DNA of 64,000 bases, taken from IMG/VR virus record IMGVR_UViG_3300046832_001626; one strand, given 5' to 3'. The notes beneath the pieces were generated by a model. The model was not told the DNA's origin. It saw nothing but the letters and a program-made list of their open reading frames with translations, and searched no databases. The translations under genes were made by a program, and so were the position numbers. The DNA comes from an uncultured virus (IMG/VR IMGVR_UViG_3300046832_001626) (lineage: Duplodnaviria > Heunggongvirae > Uroviricota > Caudoviricetes). This document shows positions 46,231 to 55,731 of this stretch, piece after piece (the stretch's first letter is position 1; each line of letters starts with the position of its first letter).

Positions 46231-49200
46231 ATGCCTTTAGCAGCTACGACTCTTCGAAAAACTAGAGTAAAAGCTGGTTCCGTCACATTCTCAAGTAACG
46301 GGACATGGACCATTCCATTTGGTGTCCGTGTAATCACAGTCAGTGGTCGCGGTGGCGCAGGCAATGCAGGCACTTCTGGTAATTCAGGAACCAATGGTGT
46401 TGGCGGTACAGGCGGCGCTGCGGGCAATGGCGGCACAGCAGGAGCTGCTGGCAATCCAGGTTCTATTGGTAACACAGGTCAGCCAGGACAACCAGGAACT
46501 AATGGTGTAGGTGGTGCTGGTGGTGCAGGGGGTGCTGCTGGCAATTCAGGCGCTCAAGGTAATTCTGGTCAACCAGGAACCAATGGTGCTGGCGGTGCTG
46601 GCGGTGCTGGCGGTACTGCAGGTAATGCTGGAGCACAAGGTAACACTGGACAACCTGGCACTAATGGCGTAGGTGGCGGCGGTGGAGCTGGCGGTACTGC
46701 AGGTAATGCTGGAGCACAAGGTAATGCAGGTAATCCAGGAACCAATGGTGTAGGTGGCGGTGGTGGTGCTGGTGGTACAGCTGGTAACAGTGGTGCCATT
46801 GGAAACTCTGGTCAACCAGGAACTAATGGTGCTGGTGGTGCTGGTGGTGCAAGAGGTAATGCAGGAAATCCAGGAAATGCTGGTGCAATCGGCAATTCTG
46901 GAAATCCTGGAACTAATGGTACTGGTGGTGCTGGTGGTACTGGTGGTGCTGCAGGTGCAGCTGGTAATCCAGGCTCACCAGGAAACGCTGGAACACCAGG
47001 CGGTGGCGGCGGTGGCGGCGGTGGCGGCGGCGGCGGATCTGCCACAGGTCAAGAATATTTTTATTATCTTGGATATCAATTATTCCAATTTGATAATGGA
47101 CAAAATGGCAGCGCAGGACAAGCGGGTGGAAATCCAGGAAGTGGCGCAGGTGGTTCAGGTGGTAACAGATCATATGTTGCTGGCGGCGGCGGTGCTTATG
47201 ATAACGGACAACCAGGTAATGCTGGACAACCAGGTTCTGCAGGTGGTGGAGGCAACACTGGTGGTGCTGGGTCTGGAGCAACATCAGGTGGTGCTGGCGG
47301 TGGTGGACAACCAGGTAATGCTGGTGCAAATGGTACTGCAGGCAATCCAGGTGCTGCTGGTAATGGTGGCACTGGTGCAACATCAGGTTCTGGAGGTCAA
47401 CCAGGAACTGCTGGCGCAAATGGTGTAGCAGGAAATCAAGGTGCCAATGGGACTGGTGCAAATCCAGGTGCTGGTGGTCAGCCAGGAACAGCAGGAGCAA
47501 ATGGAGCTGCAGGAAACCAAGGTGCCGCTGGGTCTGGTGCAAATCCAGGTGCTGGTGGTCAACCAGGAACGGCAGGTGCTGCAGGTGCTGCTGGAACCCA
47601 AGGTGCTGCTGGATCTGGCGCAAATTCAGGTGCTGCTGGACAACCAGGATTTGCTGGTTCTAATGGAGCGGCAGGAAATCAAGGTGCTTCTGGCACTGGT
47701 GCGAATTCTGGTGCAGCAGGTCAACCTGGAACAGCTGGTGCAAATGGCGCAGCAGGTGCTGCAGGAAATCAAGGCGCAAACGGAACTGCAGGAACTGGAG
47801 CAAATCCAGGAAATGCTGGACAACCAGGAAGCGCAGGAACAAATGGTGCAGCTGGAACTGCAGGAACAGCTGGTTCAGCGGGTAATGCTTCAACGTTTGT
47901 CGCAGGTTCTTTTGTAACAGTGTCATCAGTTTCATTGCCTGGAGGTGCTTCAGGGAATGGTGGTACAGCAGGTGCTGCAGGAACAGCTGGTCAACCAGGA
48001 AATGCAGGCACTTCTGGTAATCCAGGAACAAATGGTGCTGCAGGTACTGGTGGTGCAGGTGGCGGCGGTGGTGATGGTGGTGGAGCAGGAAATTCAGGCG
48101 CAATTGGTAACACTGGTCAACCAGGAACCAATGGTGTAGGTGGCGGCGGTGGAGCTGGCGGTACTGCAGGTAATGCTGGAGCACAAGGTAACAGTGGTCA
48201 ACCAGGAACTAACGGTGTAGGTGGAGCAGGAGGTTCAGGGGGCGGCGCAGGTAATGCTGGAGCACAAGGTAACAGTGGTCAACCAGGAACTAACGGTGTA
48301 GGTGGAGCTGGTGGCGCAAGAGGTAATGCTGGCAATCCAGGTGCTCAAGGAAATTCTGGTCAACCAGGAACCAATGGTGTTGGTGGTGCTGGCGGTGCAA
48401 GAGGTAATGCTGGCAATTCAGGTGCAATAGGAAATTCAGGTAATCCTGGAACCAATGGTGCTGCTGGTAACGGCGGTGCTGGTGGCGCAAGAGGTAATGC
48501 TGGTAATCCTGGAAATGCTGGAGCAACAGGAAACTCAGGTAATCCTGGAGCAAATGGAAATGGCGGCACAGGTGGTGCTGGTTCAAATGGTGGCACAGCT
48601 GGTAATGGTGGACAAGGCGGCTCAGTGCATGCTAATACAGGTCAACCTGTACCTGCTTCAAATAATGGTAACGCAGGTGTAAATGGAAATCCTGCAGGAA
48701 ATATCGGATATCCAGATTATGGAGCTGGTGGTCTATATGGTGCTGGTGGCACACCACCATACCAACCAGGATTCAATGGTGGTAATGCGGGTGGCGGTGG
48801 CAACGGTGGTTATGGTGGTTCAGGTAATCCTGGAAATCCAGGTAATGGTGGTTCAGGTGGATCTGCTGGAAATACAGGTGCAGCAGGTAATGCTGGCACT
48901 GGAGCAACTGCAGGTGCTGGCGGACAACCAGGAAACGCTGGGGGTGCTGGCGCAAATGGAAATGCAGGAAATCAAGGTGCCAATGGTACTGGTGCAAATC
49001 CAGGCGCTGGTGGTCAGCCAGGAACAGCAGGAGCAAATGGAGCTGCAGGAAATCAGGGTGCTGCTGGATCAGGCGCAACTTCAGGTGCAGCAGGTCAACC
49101 AGGAACAGCAGGAGCAAATGGAGCTGCAGGAAATCAAGGCGCAGCTGGTTCTGGGGCAACTTCAGGTGCTGCAGGTCAACCAGGAACTGGTGGCGCAAAT

Positions 49201-49584
49201 GGTGCTGCTGGAACCCAAGGTGCTTCTGGCACTGGTGCGAATTCAGGCGCTGCTGGACAGCCAGGTGCTGCTGGCTCAAATGGTGCTGCTGGAAATCAGG
49301 GTGCTGCAGGAACTGGAGCAACGAGTGGCAATCCTGGAGCTGCTGGACAGCCTGGAAATGCAGGCGGCGATGGTGCTGCAGGAACCGCTGGTGCTGCAGG
49401 AACCGCTGGTGCAAACGGATCGGGTGCAACTTCTGGTGGTGCAGGAAATCCAGGAAGCACTGCTTCAGTAAGTAGTGCTGCAAGAACAATGCAGAAAACT
49501 GTCTCACAAGGCGCATCAATTACAGTTTCAGTTGGAACAGGTTCTGCAACTGGTAATGTCACAATTAGTTGGGGCAACCAATAA
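46231..49584 (+). CDS. 1117-aa polyglycine-rich fibre/adhesin
   Basis: 'VTFSSNGTWTIPFGVRVITVSGRGG' start, two kinds of 27-aa Gly-rich repeat, 'ITVSVG...GNVTISW' end. Confidence 0.85.
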   Translation: MPLAATTLRKTRVKAGSVTFSSNGTWTIPFGVRVITVSGRGGAGNAGTSGNSGTNGVGGTGGAAGNGGTAGAAGNPGSIGNTGQPGQPGTNGVGGAGGAGGAAGNSGAQGNSGQPGTNGAGGAGGAGGTAGNAGAQGNTGQPGTNGVGGGGGAGGTAGNAGAQGNAGNPGTNGVGGGGGAGGTAGNSGAIGNSGQPGTNGAGGAGGARGNAGNPGNAGAIGNSGNPGTNGTGGAGGTGGAAGAAGNPGSPGNAGTPGGGGGGGGGGGGGSATGQEYFYYLGYQLFQFDNGQNGSAGQAGGNPGSGAGGSGGNRSYVAGGGGAYDNGQPGNAGQPGSAGGGGNTGGAGSGATSGGAGGGGQPGNAGANGTAGNPGAAGNGGTGATSGSGGQPGTAGANGVAGNQGANGTGANPGAGGQPGTAGANGAAGNQGAAGSGANPGAGGQPGTAGAAGAAGTQGAAGSGANSGAAGQPGFAGSNGAAGNQGASGTGANSGAAGQPGTAGANGAAGAAGNQGANGTAGTGANPGNAGQPGSAGTNGAAGTAGTAGSAGNASTFVAGSFVTVSSVSLPGGASGNGGTAGAAGTAGQPGNAGTSGNPGTNGAAGTGGAGGGGGDGGGAGNSGAIGNTGQPGTNGVGGGGGAGGTAGNAGAQGNSGQPGTNGVGGAGGSGGGAGNAGAQGNSGQPGTNGVGGAGGARGNAGNPGAQGNSGQPGTNGVGGAGGARGNAGNSGAIGNSGNPGTNGAAGNGGAGGARGNAGNPGNAGATGNSGNPGANGNGGTGGAGSNGGTAGNGGQGGSVHANTGQPVPASNNGNAGVNGNPAGNIGYPDYGAGGLYGAGGTPPYQPGFNGGNAGGGGNGGYGGSGNPGNPGNGGSGGSAGNTGAAGNAGTGATAGAGGQPGNAGGAGANGNAGNQGANGTGANPGAGGQPGTAGANGAAGNQGAAGSGATSGAAGQPGTAGANGAAGNQGAAGSGATSGAAGQPGTGGANGAAGTQGASGTGANSGAAGQPGAAGSNGAAGNQGAAGTGATSGNPGAAGQPGNAGGDGAAGTAGAAGTAGANGSGATSGGAGNPGSTASVSSAARTMQKTVSQGASITVSVGTGSATGNVTISWGNQ

Positions 49585-49586
49585 GA

Positions 49587-49615
49587 TTGCCTTATTTGTT
49601 TGTTTGAAGTATAAT
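49587..49615 (+). promoter_or_regulatory. sigma70-type promoter for the modification-enzyme cluster
   Basis: TTGCCT-17 bp-TATAAT. Confidence 0.7.
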
Positions 49616-49634
49616 ATGTGGCAGTGAGGACATT

Positions 49635-50360
49635 ATGTTCAGCAAATTAAAATCAATACTCAAAACTCCAGAAATTGAATTCTTGTGCGAAGAAGATCTC
49701 TATGGCACGATGCCAGAGCCATATCCTGCTCGCAAGTTCATGCCTGATTGGTATCGCGAACTACCACAAAAAATAAACGGCGAAGATAAACTTGAGAACG
49801 GTACAATCAAACGTTGTGCACCTGTTCTTGATGCAATGTCTGTTGGTTGGATTATTCCATTATGTGGTAATGTTGAATTTGTTACTAGTAATGATGCATC
49901 TGGTGTCAATTATAAGTGGATGTTCAATCGCGTTCTTGTAGAAAATCATAAAGAAGAACAAGTTTCTACGAAACATGCACCACACCCAATGGCACCACGA
50001 CCACCAATGAAATTTTTAAACTACTGGGGAATTCGAGTTCCACCAGGATATTCTGTTTTATTTGTTCCACCATTAAATCGTCAAGACCCACGATTTACTT
50101 GTTTATCTGGTTTTGTTGATTGCGATGGTTACATTGAATACATTAACTTTCCATTCTTCTTTAATGTTCCGAATTATACAGGAATCGTTAAAGCAGGTAC
50201 TCCTTTAGTTCAAGCGATTCCAATTAAACGAGATGGATATATCAAAAAATCAAGAGTTAGACAGTTTACAAAGGAAGATCATGTGAAGTTACAAAAACAA
50301 CGATACAAAAGAAACTCACACGAGAGCATTTATCGCGATTTCATTTGGACGAGAAAATAA
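49635..50360 (+). CDS. DUF6065-like protein
   Basis: 'PYPARKFMPDWY', 'TIKRCAPVLDAMSVGWIIP', 'PPGYSVLFVPPLN', 'GTPLVQAIP'. Confidence 0.6.
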   Translation: MFSKLKSILKTPEIEFLCEEDLYGTMPEPYPARKFMPDWYRELPQKINGEDKLENGTIKRCAPVLDAMSVGWIIPLCGNVEFVTSNDASGVNYKWMFNRVLVENHKEEQVSTKHAPHPMAPRPPMKFLNYWGIRVPPGYSVLFVPPLNRQDPRFTCLSGFVDCDGYIEYINFPFFFNVPNYTGIVKAGTPLVQAIPIKRDGYIKKSRVRQFTKEDHVKLQKQRYKRNSHESIYRDFIWTRK

Positions 50361-50962
50361 TGAGCGCATATCAATTTGTACCGTCACCAGATATATCGAC
50401 AAAAGAATCCATTACTACAACTTGGGAAAATGGATTTACAAATGAGCAAATTGACAATATTATTCGTATCGGAGAAGAGTTGTCGGTTCAAGAAGCAACT
50501 CTTGGTGGACAAAAGGATGGAGAGGATATCTCTCGCATAAGAAAGTCCAAAACTTCCTGGATAAAATGTAACGATAATACTGTTTGGCTATATGACTCCC
50601 TTGCATACATTGCGCGACAGATAAATGGTCAGTTTTATGACTTTGATTTATATGGATTTGTTGAGGATTTCCAATACACAGTATACACTGGTTCAGAAGA
50701 GAGTCACTACACGTGGCATATTGATAAAGGCTTGGGCACTCCGTCGCCTAGAAAATTATCCTTGGTGCTGCAATTATCAGATCCATCGGAATATGAGGGC
50801 GGTGATTTAGAATTTTTCTATGCATCAAATGTCGAAAGAGCTATCAAGAAAAAAGGATTAATTTACTTGTTCCCATCATGGATAGCACATAGAGTGACGC
50901 CAATTACTTCTGGAGTAAGAAGATCATTAGTCGTTTGGGTAACGGGTCCCAAGTTTAGATAA
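50360..50962 (+). CDS. 2OG-Fe(II) oxygenase (prolyl-hydroxylase-like)
   Basis: 'HYTWHID', 'RKLSLVLQLSDPSEYEGGDL', 'FPSWIAHRVTPITSGVRRSLVVW'. Confidence 0.9.
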   Translation: MSAYQFVPSPDISTKESITTTWENGFTNEQIDNIIRIGEELSVQEATLGGQKDGEDISRIRKSKTSWIKCNDNTVWLYDSLAYIARQINGQFYDFDLYGFVEDFQYTVYTGSEESHYTWHIDKGLGTPSPRKLSLVLQLSDPSEYEGGDLEFFYASNVERAIKKKGLIYLFPSWIAHRVTPITSGVRRSLVVWVTGPKFR

Positions 50963-50967
50963 ATACA

Positions 50968-51147
50968 ATGACAGAACAACTCCAATATAAAGTAGATCCA
51001 CTTGCTCTCAGCAGATTGAATATTTGTAATAAATGCAAACATTCAATTGATAAAGATAATGAAAAAAGATGTTCTTTGTTTCATGATATTCAAGTGGTTG
51101 CTCTAGTAAACGTAGAACAAATAAGATGTCCTATAGAAAAATGGTAG
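50968..51147 (+). CDS. Small Cys-rich protein (DUF6171-like; not in the ORF track)
   Basis: MTEQ...RLNICNKC...RCSL...RCPIEKW*; GATAAATA immediately upstream. Confidence 0.6.
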   Translation: MTEQLQYKVDPLALSRLNICNKCKHSIDKDNEKRCSLFHDIQVVALVNVEQIRCPIEKW

Positions 51148-51151
51148 ATAA

Positions 51152-51877
51152 ATGATATACTGCACACAAAGGAAAATTGGCGTATTTTTACCTCCTAGAA
51201 ATGGATCAGTTTCTACAGTAAAGGCATTTAAAAATGTGGATGTTACAAGAAACAAACATTCTCATATAAATTATACCTCAGCAGCAGAAGCCTTTTCTGA
51301 AATTGAAGATTTTTCTTCATATAAATTTTATTGCTTCTATCGCGACCCAGTACAACGATTTTTATCTACATTTAAACTTCTAAAAAGAAGCAACGTTCAT
51401 TATCTTCTAAACACATTTTTCAGTCCTGAAGATTCCAAAACAGCATTTGATATTATTAAATTAGAAAAATATAATCGTCTTGTAAATATGGCAATTCGCC
51501 ATAAAGATGAATATCATTGGTTAAGTCAAGAACTTAAAGATAAGTTAGAGTCAGTTACAATCGCACAGGCATTGACATTGATTTCTCATGTCCATTACTC
51601 TCGCGCTGACAAAACTCAAATGGGAACATTCACTCCACAAAAACATTGGATAGATCATAACATTGACCTAACATTACTTGATTTTGCAAACTTTGAAAAT
51701 CAATTGAAGTTTTTGTTATCTCAATTCAACGTAACAGTAGATTCAGTTCCTAGCCTTAATGCATCTATTAGTCTCGAAAACGATCAACAATTGACAACAG
51801 AAGAAATTAATTTAATTAAAACAGCATATCAAGCTGATTATGACTTCTTTGCATCTAAAGGTATAACATTTCCATAA
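51152..51877 (+). CDS. Sulfotransferase family 2-like protein
   Basis: PAPS-binding-like motifs 'FLPPRNGSVS' and 'FYRDPVQRFLS'; C-terminal 'AYQADYDFF'. Confidence 0.7.
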   Translation: MIYCTQRKIGVFLPPRNGSVSTVKAFKNVDVTRNKHSHINYTSAAEAFSEIEDFSSYKFYCFYRDPVQRFLSTFKLLKRSNVHYLLNTFFSPEDSKTAFDIIKLEKYNRLVNMAIRHKDEYHWLSQELKDKLESVTIAQALTLISHVHYSRADKTQMGTFTPQKHWIDHNIDLTLLDFANFENQLKFLLSQFNVTVDSVPSLNASISLENDQQLTTEEINLIKTAYQADYDFFASKGITFP

Positions 51878-51883
51878 TTGTTT

Positions 51884-52879
51884 ATGAAAATTCATGTTTT
51901 GGCAAATCCCAGAAATCCAACTGGGTTGATGAATCGCGTTGACCCTTTTGCAGTTCATGCATACAAATATATCAAGCATTTGTCACCTCATTTTGAGATG
52001 ATTCATTATGGTGTTCCTGGCGCACAAGTCGACTGTGAGCATGTTGACATCCATACAACTCCAATAGAAATTCGTCTGTTCAATGAAAGAGCAGGGGCAC
52101 ATATACGACAACGCGCTTCTGATGGCGATATTATTGTTTGTTTTTATGGAGTCGATAACAAACTTGCATGCGAGATGAATCCAAACTGTAAGCCCGTTGA
52201 ACCATCAATTGGATATCGCGCTAACGGTGTATTTGCAAATTATCGCGCATTCACTTCTTATGCTCAGATGCATTACTTCTATGGTGAGCGTGGAATGTTA
52301 ATGAACCCTTCTTGGTTTGATGCAGTAATTGGCAATCCATTTACAGTGTCAGAGTTTGAATACAACGACAAGAAAGAGGATTATTATCTTTACTTTGGTC
52401 GTGTGTGCGAAGAAAAGGGTGTTCATCTTGCAATTCAAGCGACTGAGAAACTTGGGAAAAAATTAATTGTTGCTGGTCCTGGTTCACTAAAATCACTAGG
52501 ATATGATTCAACTCCAGATCATGTTGAAGTCTTTGGTGTTGCAGATGCTGAGCAGCGTAAGCAATTAATGAAGAACGCAAAAGCATTGTTTGGATTGACA
52601 TATTATGTCGAACCATTTGGTAACATGATTATTGAAGCGAATTTATCGGGCACTCCAGTGATCACAACAGATTGGGGTGCATTTCCAGAGATTGTGTTAG
52701 ATGGTGAGACTGGATATCGTGTTCGAGATTTCAAGTCGTTGTTAACTGCAATAGAAACCATTGACAAGATAGATTCATTTAATTGCAGAGAATGGGGGTT
52801 GAATTTCTCTGATGAGGAGATTCACTACAAACATAAACAGTTCTTAGACAAAATCATCAAAAACAAATTTTATGAATAA
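51884..52879 (+). CDS. Glycosyltransferase family 4-like
   Basis: 'LYFGRVCEEKGVHLAI', 'YVEPFGNMIIEANLSGTPVITTDWGAFPEIV'. Confidence 0.9.
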   Translation: MKIHVLANPRNPTGLMNRVDPFAVHAYKYIKHLSPHFEMIHYGVPGAQVDCEHVDIHTTPIEIRLFNERAGAHIRQRASDGDIIVCFYGVDNKLACEMNPNCKPVEPSIGYRANGVFANYRAFTSYAQMHYFYGERGMLMNPSWFDAVIGNPFTVSEFEYNDKKEDYYLYFGRVCEEKGVHLAIQATEKLGKKLIVAGPGSLKSLGYDSTPDHVEVFGVADAEQRKQLMKNAKALFGLTYYVEPFGNMIIEANLSGTPVITTDWGAFPEIVLDGETGYRVRDFKSLLTAIETIDKIDSFNCREWGLNFSDEEIHYKHKQFLDKIIKNKFYE

Positions 52880-53624
52880 AGTTGTTATAGTCGGCTCTTC
52901 AATTCAACCACGCGAAGGTAAATTTACATACAGCCAAACACGATCAAAATTTGATGCAGAAGAAAGATATCGTCATACGATCTTCACAATCAATAGCCTA
53001 AAGAATTGTTTGCCAGATGCCAGAATCATTGTTGTAGACACATCAGCAGATTACAAGAAATATTTTCCAGATTTCTCAATCTTGAAGAACGTAGAATACG
53101 TTTCCCTCAAAGAACTTTCATATGCGACTTTTGAAGAAGTTAACACACACCTCAATAAGAGTTATTGTGAGAATTTGCTACTCAACACATTCTATACTAA
53201 ATTTAAAAAAGAACTTGTCAACTATGACTATATTATTAAGGCTACTGGAAGATACTTTTACTATGATTTCAATGACAAACTGTTCACTGAACAGAATATC
53301 GACAAAATCTTCTTCAAGAAACCATTACAATTTCCGTGGAATGATGCTTGGAACTATTGGATGGTAGATCGAAGAAAAATAGAAAACCACAATTTATTAA
53401 AACAATATTGTACTGTTCTCTATGCATTCGGTTCTCAGCATCTAGATAAAATGATAGATATAAACGAAGCATCAATGCAATTCATGAACAGTGAAGAAAT
53501 GAAGCATTACGATATTGAAACTCTATCATATTATCTGACGCGACCGTATGAAAAACAGGTCATAGAAACAGATTGGATTGTATCAGGGTGGGATGGAGTT
53601 TCTGGTAAATATATGCATTACTAG
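52872..53624 (+). CDS. Putative glycosyltransferase (GT-A-like)
   Basis: 'EERYRHTIFTINSL...RIIVVDTS', 'YDYIIKATGRY'; glycosyltransferase neighbourhood. Confidence 0.55.
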   Translation: MNKVVIVGSSIQPREGKFTYSQTRSKFDAEERYRHTIFTINSLKNCLPDARIIVVDTSADYKKYFPDFSILKNVEYVSLKELSYATFEEVNTHLNKSYCENLLLNTFYTKFKKELVNYDYIIKATGRYFYYDFNDKLFTEQNIDKIFFKKPLQFPWNDAWNYWMVDRRKIENHNLLKQYCTVLYAFGSQHLDKMIDINEASMQFMNSEEMKHYDIETLSYYLTRPYEKQVIETDWIVSGWDGVSGKYMHY

Positions 53625-53631
53625 GTGTAAA

Positions 53632-54186
53632 ATGAAAACAAAACTTATTATCGTCGACGATTTTTATAGCAATCCAGATGCGGTCAGAGAGTATGCTCTT
53701 TCTCAGAAGTTTGAGGTCTCTGGTAACTATCCTGGAATGAGGACTAAACCGTATCTTTCAGAAGATTTAAAGGCATCAATTCAGCATGTGATTCAAAATG
53801 CTGGTGGAAAGATCACCTATTGGTTTGAAGATTCAGGGTATACTGGCGCATTCCAAATTTGCACTGCAAAAGATCGTACATGGATTCACGCGGATCAGTT
53901 CAACACTTGGGCTGGCGTTTGTTATCTCACTCCAGATGCTCCGTTGTCGTCAGGTACAGCTCTTTATCGACATAAAGAAAGCGGAGAGTATGAGTTTATT
54001 CAACGCGAAAAAATTCATGATGGATATGATTATACAAAGTGGGAAATGACAGACTATGTTGCAAACAAATATAATCGTATCGTTTTATATCGCGGAAATC
54101 TTTATCATGCATCATTAGATTATTTCGGAAGCAGTCTTCAAGACGGAAGACTATTTCAAACTTTCTTTTTCAATACTGAGTATTGA
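53632..54186 (+). CDS. 2OG-Fe(II) oxygenase-like (DUF6445-like)
   Basis: 'IIVDDFYSNPDAVREYAL', 'WIHAD...WAGVCYLTP', 'YNRIVLY...YHAS', 'RLFQTFFF'. Confidence 0.75.
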   Translation: MKTKLIIVDDFYSNPDAVREYALSQKFEVSGNYPGMRTKPYLSEDLKASIQHVIQNAGGKITYWFEDSGYTGAFQICTAKDRTWIHADQFNTWAGVCYLTPDAPLSSGTALYRHKESGEYEFIQREKIHDGYDYTKWEMTDYVANKYNRIVLYRGNLYHASLDYFGSSLQDGRLFQTFFFNTEY

Positions 54187-54938
54187 TGAAAATTCTTCAT
54201 GTAATTTTCTCGTGTAATCGGATTCGGTATCTGTTTCCGACTCTAGATTCACTCAAGAATTTAGATTATGGCGACCATCAGGTAGATCGTATTATCATCG
54301 ACGACTATCCAAGAACGCGAAATGATGCAATCTTCGATCTTATCGAAAAACGTTATGGATTTAAAGTTTGGTATAATAAAGAAAACAAAGGTCTCTCGGT
54401 AAACTGGACTGAGTTTTTCATTGCACTCAAAGGAATGAATTATGACTATATTCTTCATCAAGAAGATGATGTAGTATTAATTAATCCTAATCCTACAAGA
54501 CTTGACGATTTAATCAGTGTTTTAGAATCCGATGAAAAGATGGCTTCAGTTGTCCTTCAACGTCAGCCATGGTATTTTCACGAAAAACCTTCCTGTATCG
54601 AATCAAACGACGTTCAATTTGGGGAATACTATTATTCTAAAAATACAAAAACGTTTCCAATTATCTTTAGTTTGTATCGAAAGAGTATCATAGAATATCC
54701 ATTTAGGGAATATTGGGGATTCAATATTAACGAGGGAATGATAATGGTTTATCTTGATCATTTTCATCAGATGTATAGTGCTCAATTAAAGAATTCTGAT
54801 GGAAGTAATATGATAAACCACATCGGCGAAGAATCCACTGGGAAACGAATTCTTGAGGGTGAGCCGAACTGGGAACAATTTGCTCACATGGATCCAAACA
54901 AGACTTACACTTCTCGAGAGGGTAGATTGGTCGAATAA
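54186..54938 (+). CDS. Glycosyltransferase family 2-like
   Basis: 'FSCNRIRYL..TL', 'IIIDD', 'YDYILHQEDD', 'HIGE'. Confidence 0.8.
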   Translation: MKILHVIFSCNRIRYLFPTLDSLKNLDYGDHQVDRIIIDDYPRTRNDAIFDLIEKRYGFKVWYNKENKGLSVNWTEFFIALKGMNYDYILHQEDDVVLINPNPTRLDDLISVLESDEKMASVVLQRQPWYFHEKPSCIESNDVQFGEYYYSKNTKTFPIIFSLYRKSIIEYPFREYWGFNINEGMIMVYLDHFHQMYSAQLKNSDGSNMINHIGEESTGKRILEGEPNWEQFAHMDPNKTYTSREGRLVE

Positions 54939-54968
54939 CTAAATATAGAACTACATGTGAGGTTCTAA

Positions 54969-55730
54969 ATGGCAAAACCTACCAATAAATCCACTCTTAA
55001 AGACTTCTGCCTTCGAAATCTAGGCTTTCCAGTAATCGACATCAACGTAGATGACGACCAACTAGACGATCGAATCGACGACGCATTACAAATGTTTCAA
55101 GACTATCATTACGATGGTACAGAGACAATGTATCTTGCCCACAAAGTCACGAATGCTGATATTCTAAACAAGTATATCACACTGTGTGACAATATCATCG
55201 GCGTCTCAGAGGTTTTTCCATTCTCAGGAACTTCCGTAAGTTCCACTGGTGGCACAGAATTCAATATGTTCGATGTGAACTATCAGATTCGCCTCAACGA
55301 TTTCTATAGCCTCTCAGCCTCGTCATACACCTATTATTTTATCGCTCGTCAGCATCTATCAACACTTGACATGATCATAACGGGACAGATTCCATACACC
55401 TATAACAAGAAAACCAATCGCCTTTATTTGTGGCAAGACTGGGACGGTAAATTAGATGCTGGCGACTTCATGCTCTTCAAAGCAAATCGAATCGTTGATA
55501 TTGATTCGTACGAAAGAATTTTCAACGATTCTTGGTTAAAAGAATACGTCACTGCGCTCTTCAAACGTCAGTGGGGTAACAATCTCAAGAAGTATGCGAA
55601 TTATACCCTTCCTGGTGGATTAGTTGTCAACGGTCAGCAAATTTATGCCGAAGCAATGGACGACGTTCAAAGGCTTGAAGCAAAGCTCCGCGATGTCCAT
55701 GAAGAACCACCAATGATGATAGTTGGCTAA
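54969..55730 (+). CDS. gp13: Neck protein
   Basis: 'LRNLGFPVIDINVDDDQLDDRIDDAL..F..YH.DG', 'WLKEYVTALFKRQWG.NL.KY'. ACTAAATA at 54938. Confidence 0.95.
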   Translation: MAKPTNKSTLKDFCLRNLGFPVIDINVDDDQLDDRIDDALQMFQDYHYDGTETMYLAHKVTNADILNKYITLCDNIIGVSEVFPFSGTSVSSTGGTEFNMFDVNYQIRLNDFYSLSASSYTYYFIARQHLSTLDMIITGQIPYTYNKKTNRLYLWQDWDGKLDAGDFMLFKANRIVDIDSYERIFNDSWLKEYVTALFKRQWGNNLKKYANYTLPGGLVVNGQQIYAEAMDDVQRLEAKLRDVHEEPPMMIVG

Positions 55731-55731
55731 T

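Noticed and set aside
42405..49577. Many long alternative-frame and antisense ORFs ([24 protein letters not shown] types)
   Set aside because: They arise from stop-poor collagen and polyglycine codon repeats and have no RBS or independent signal.
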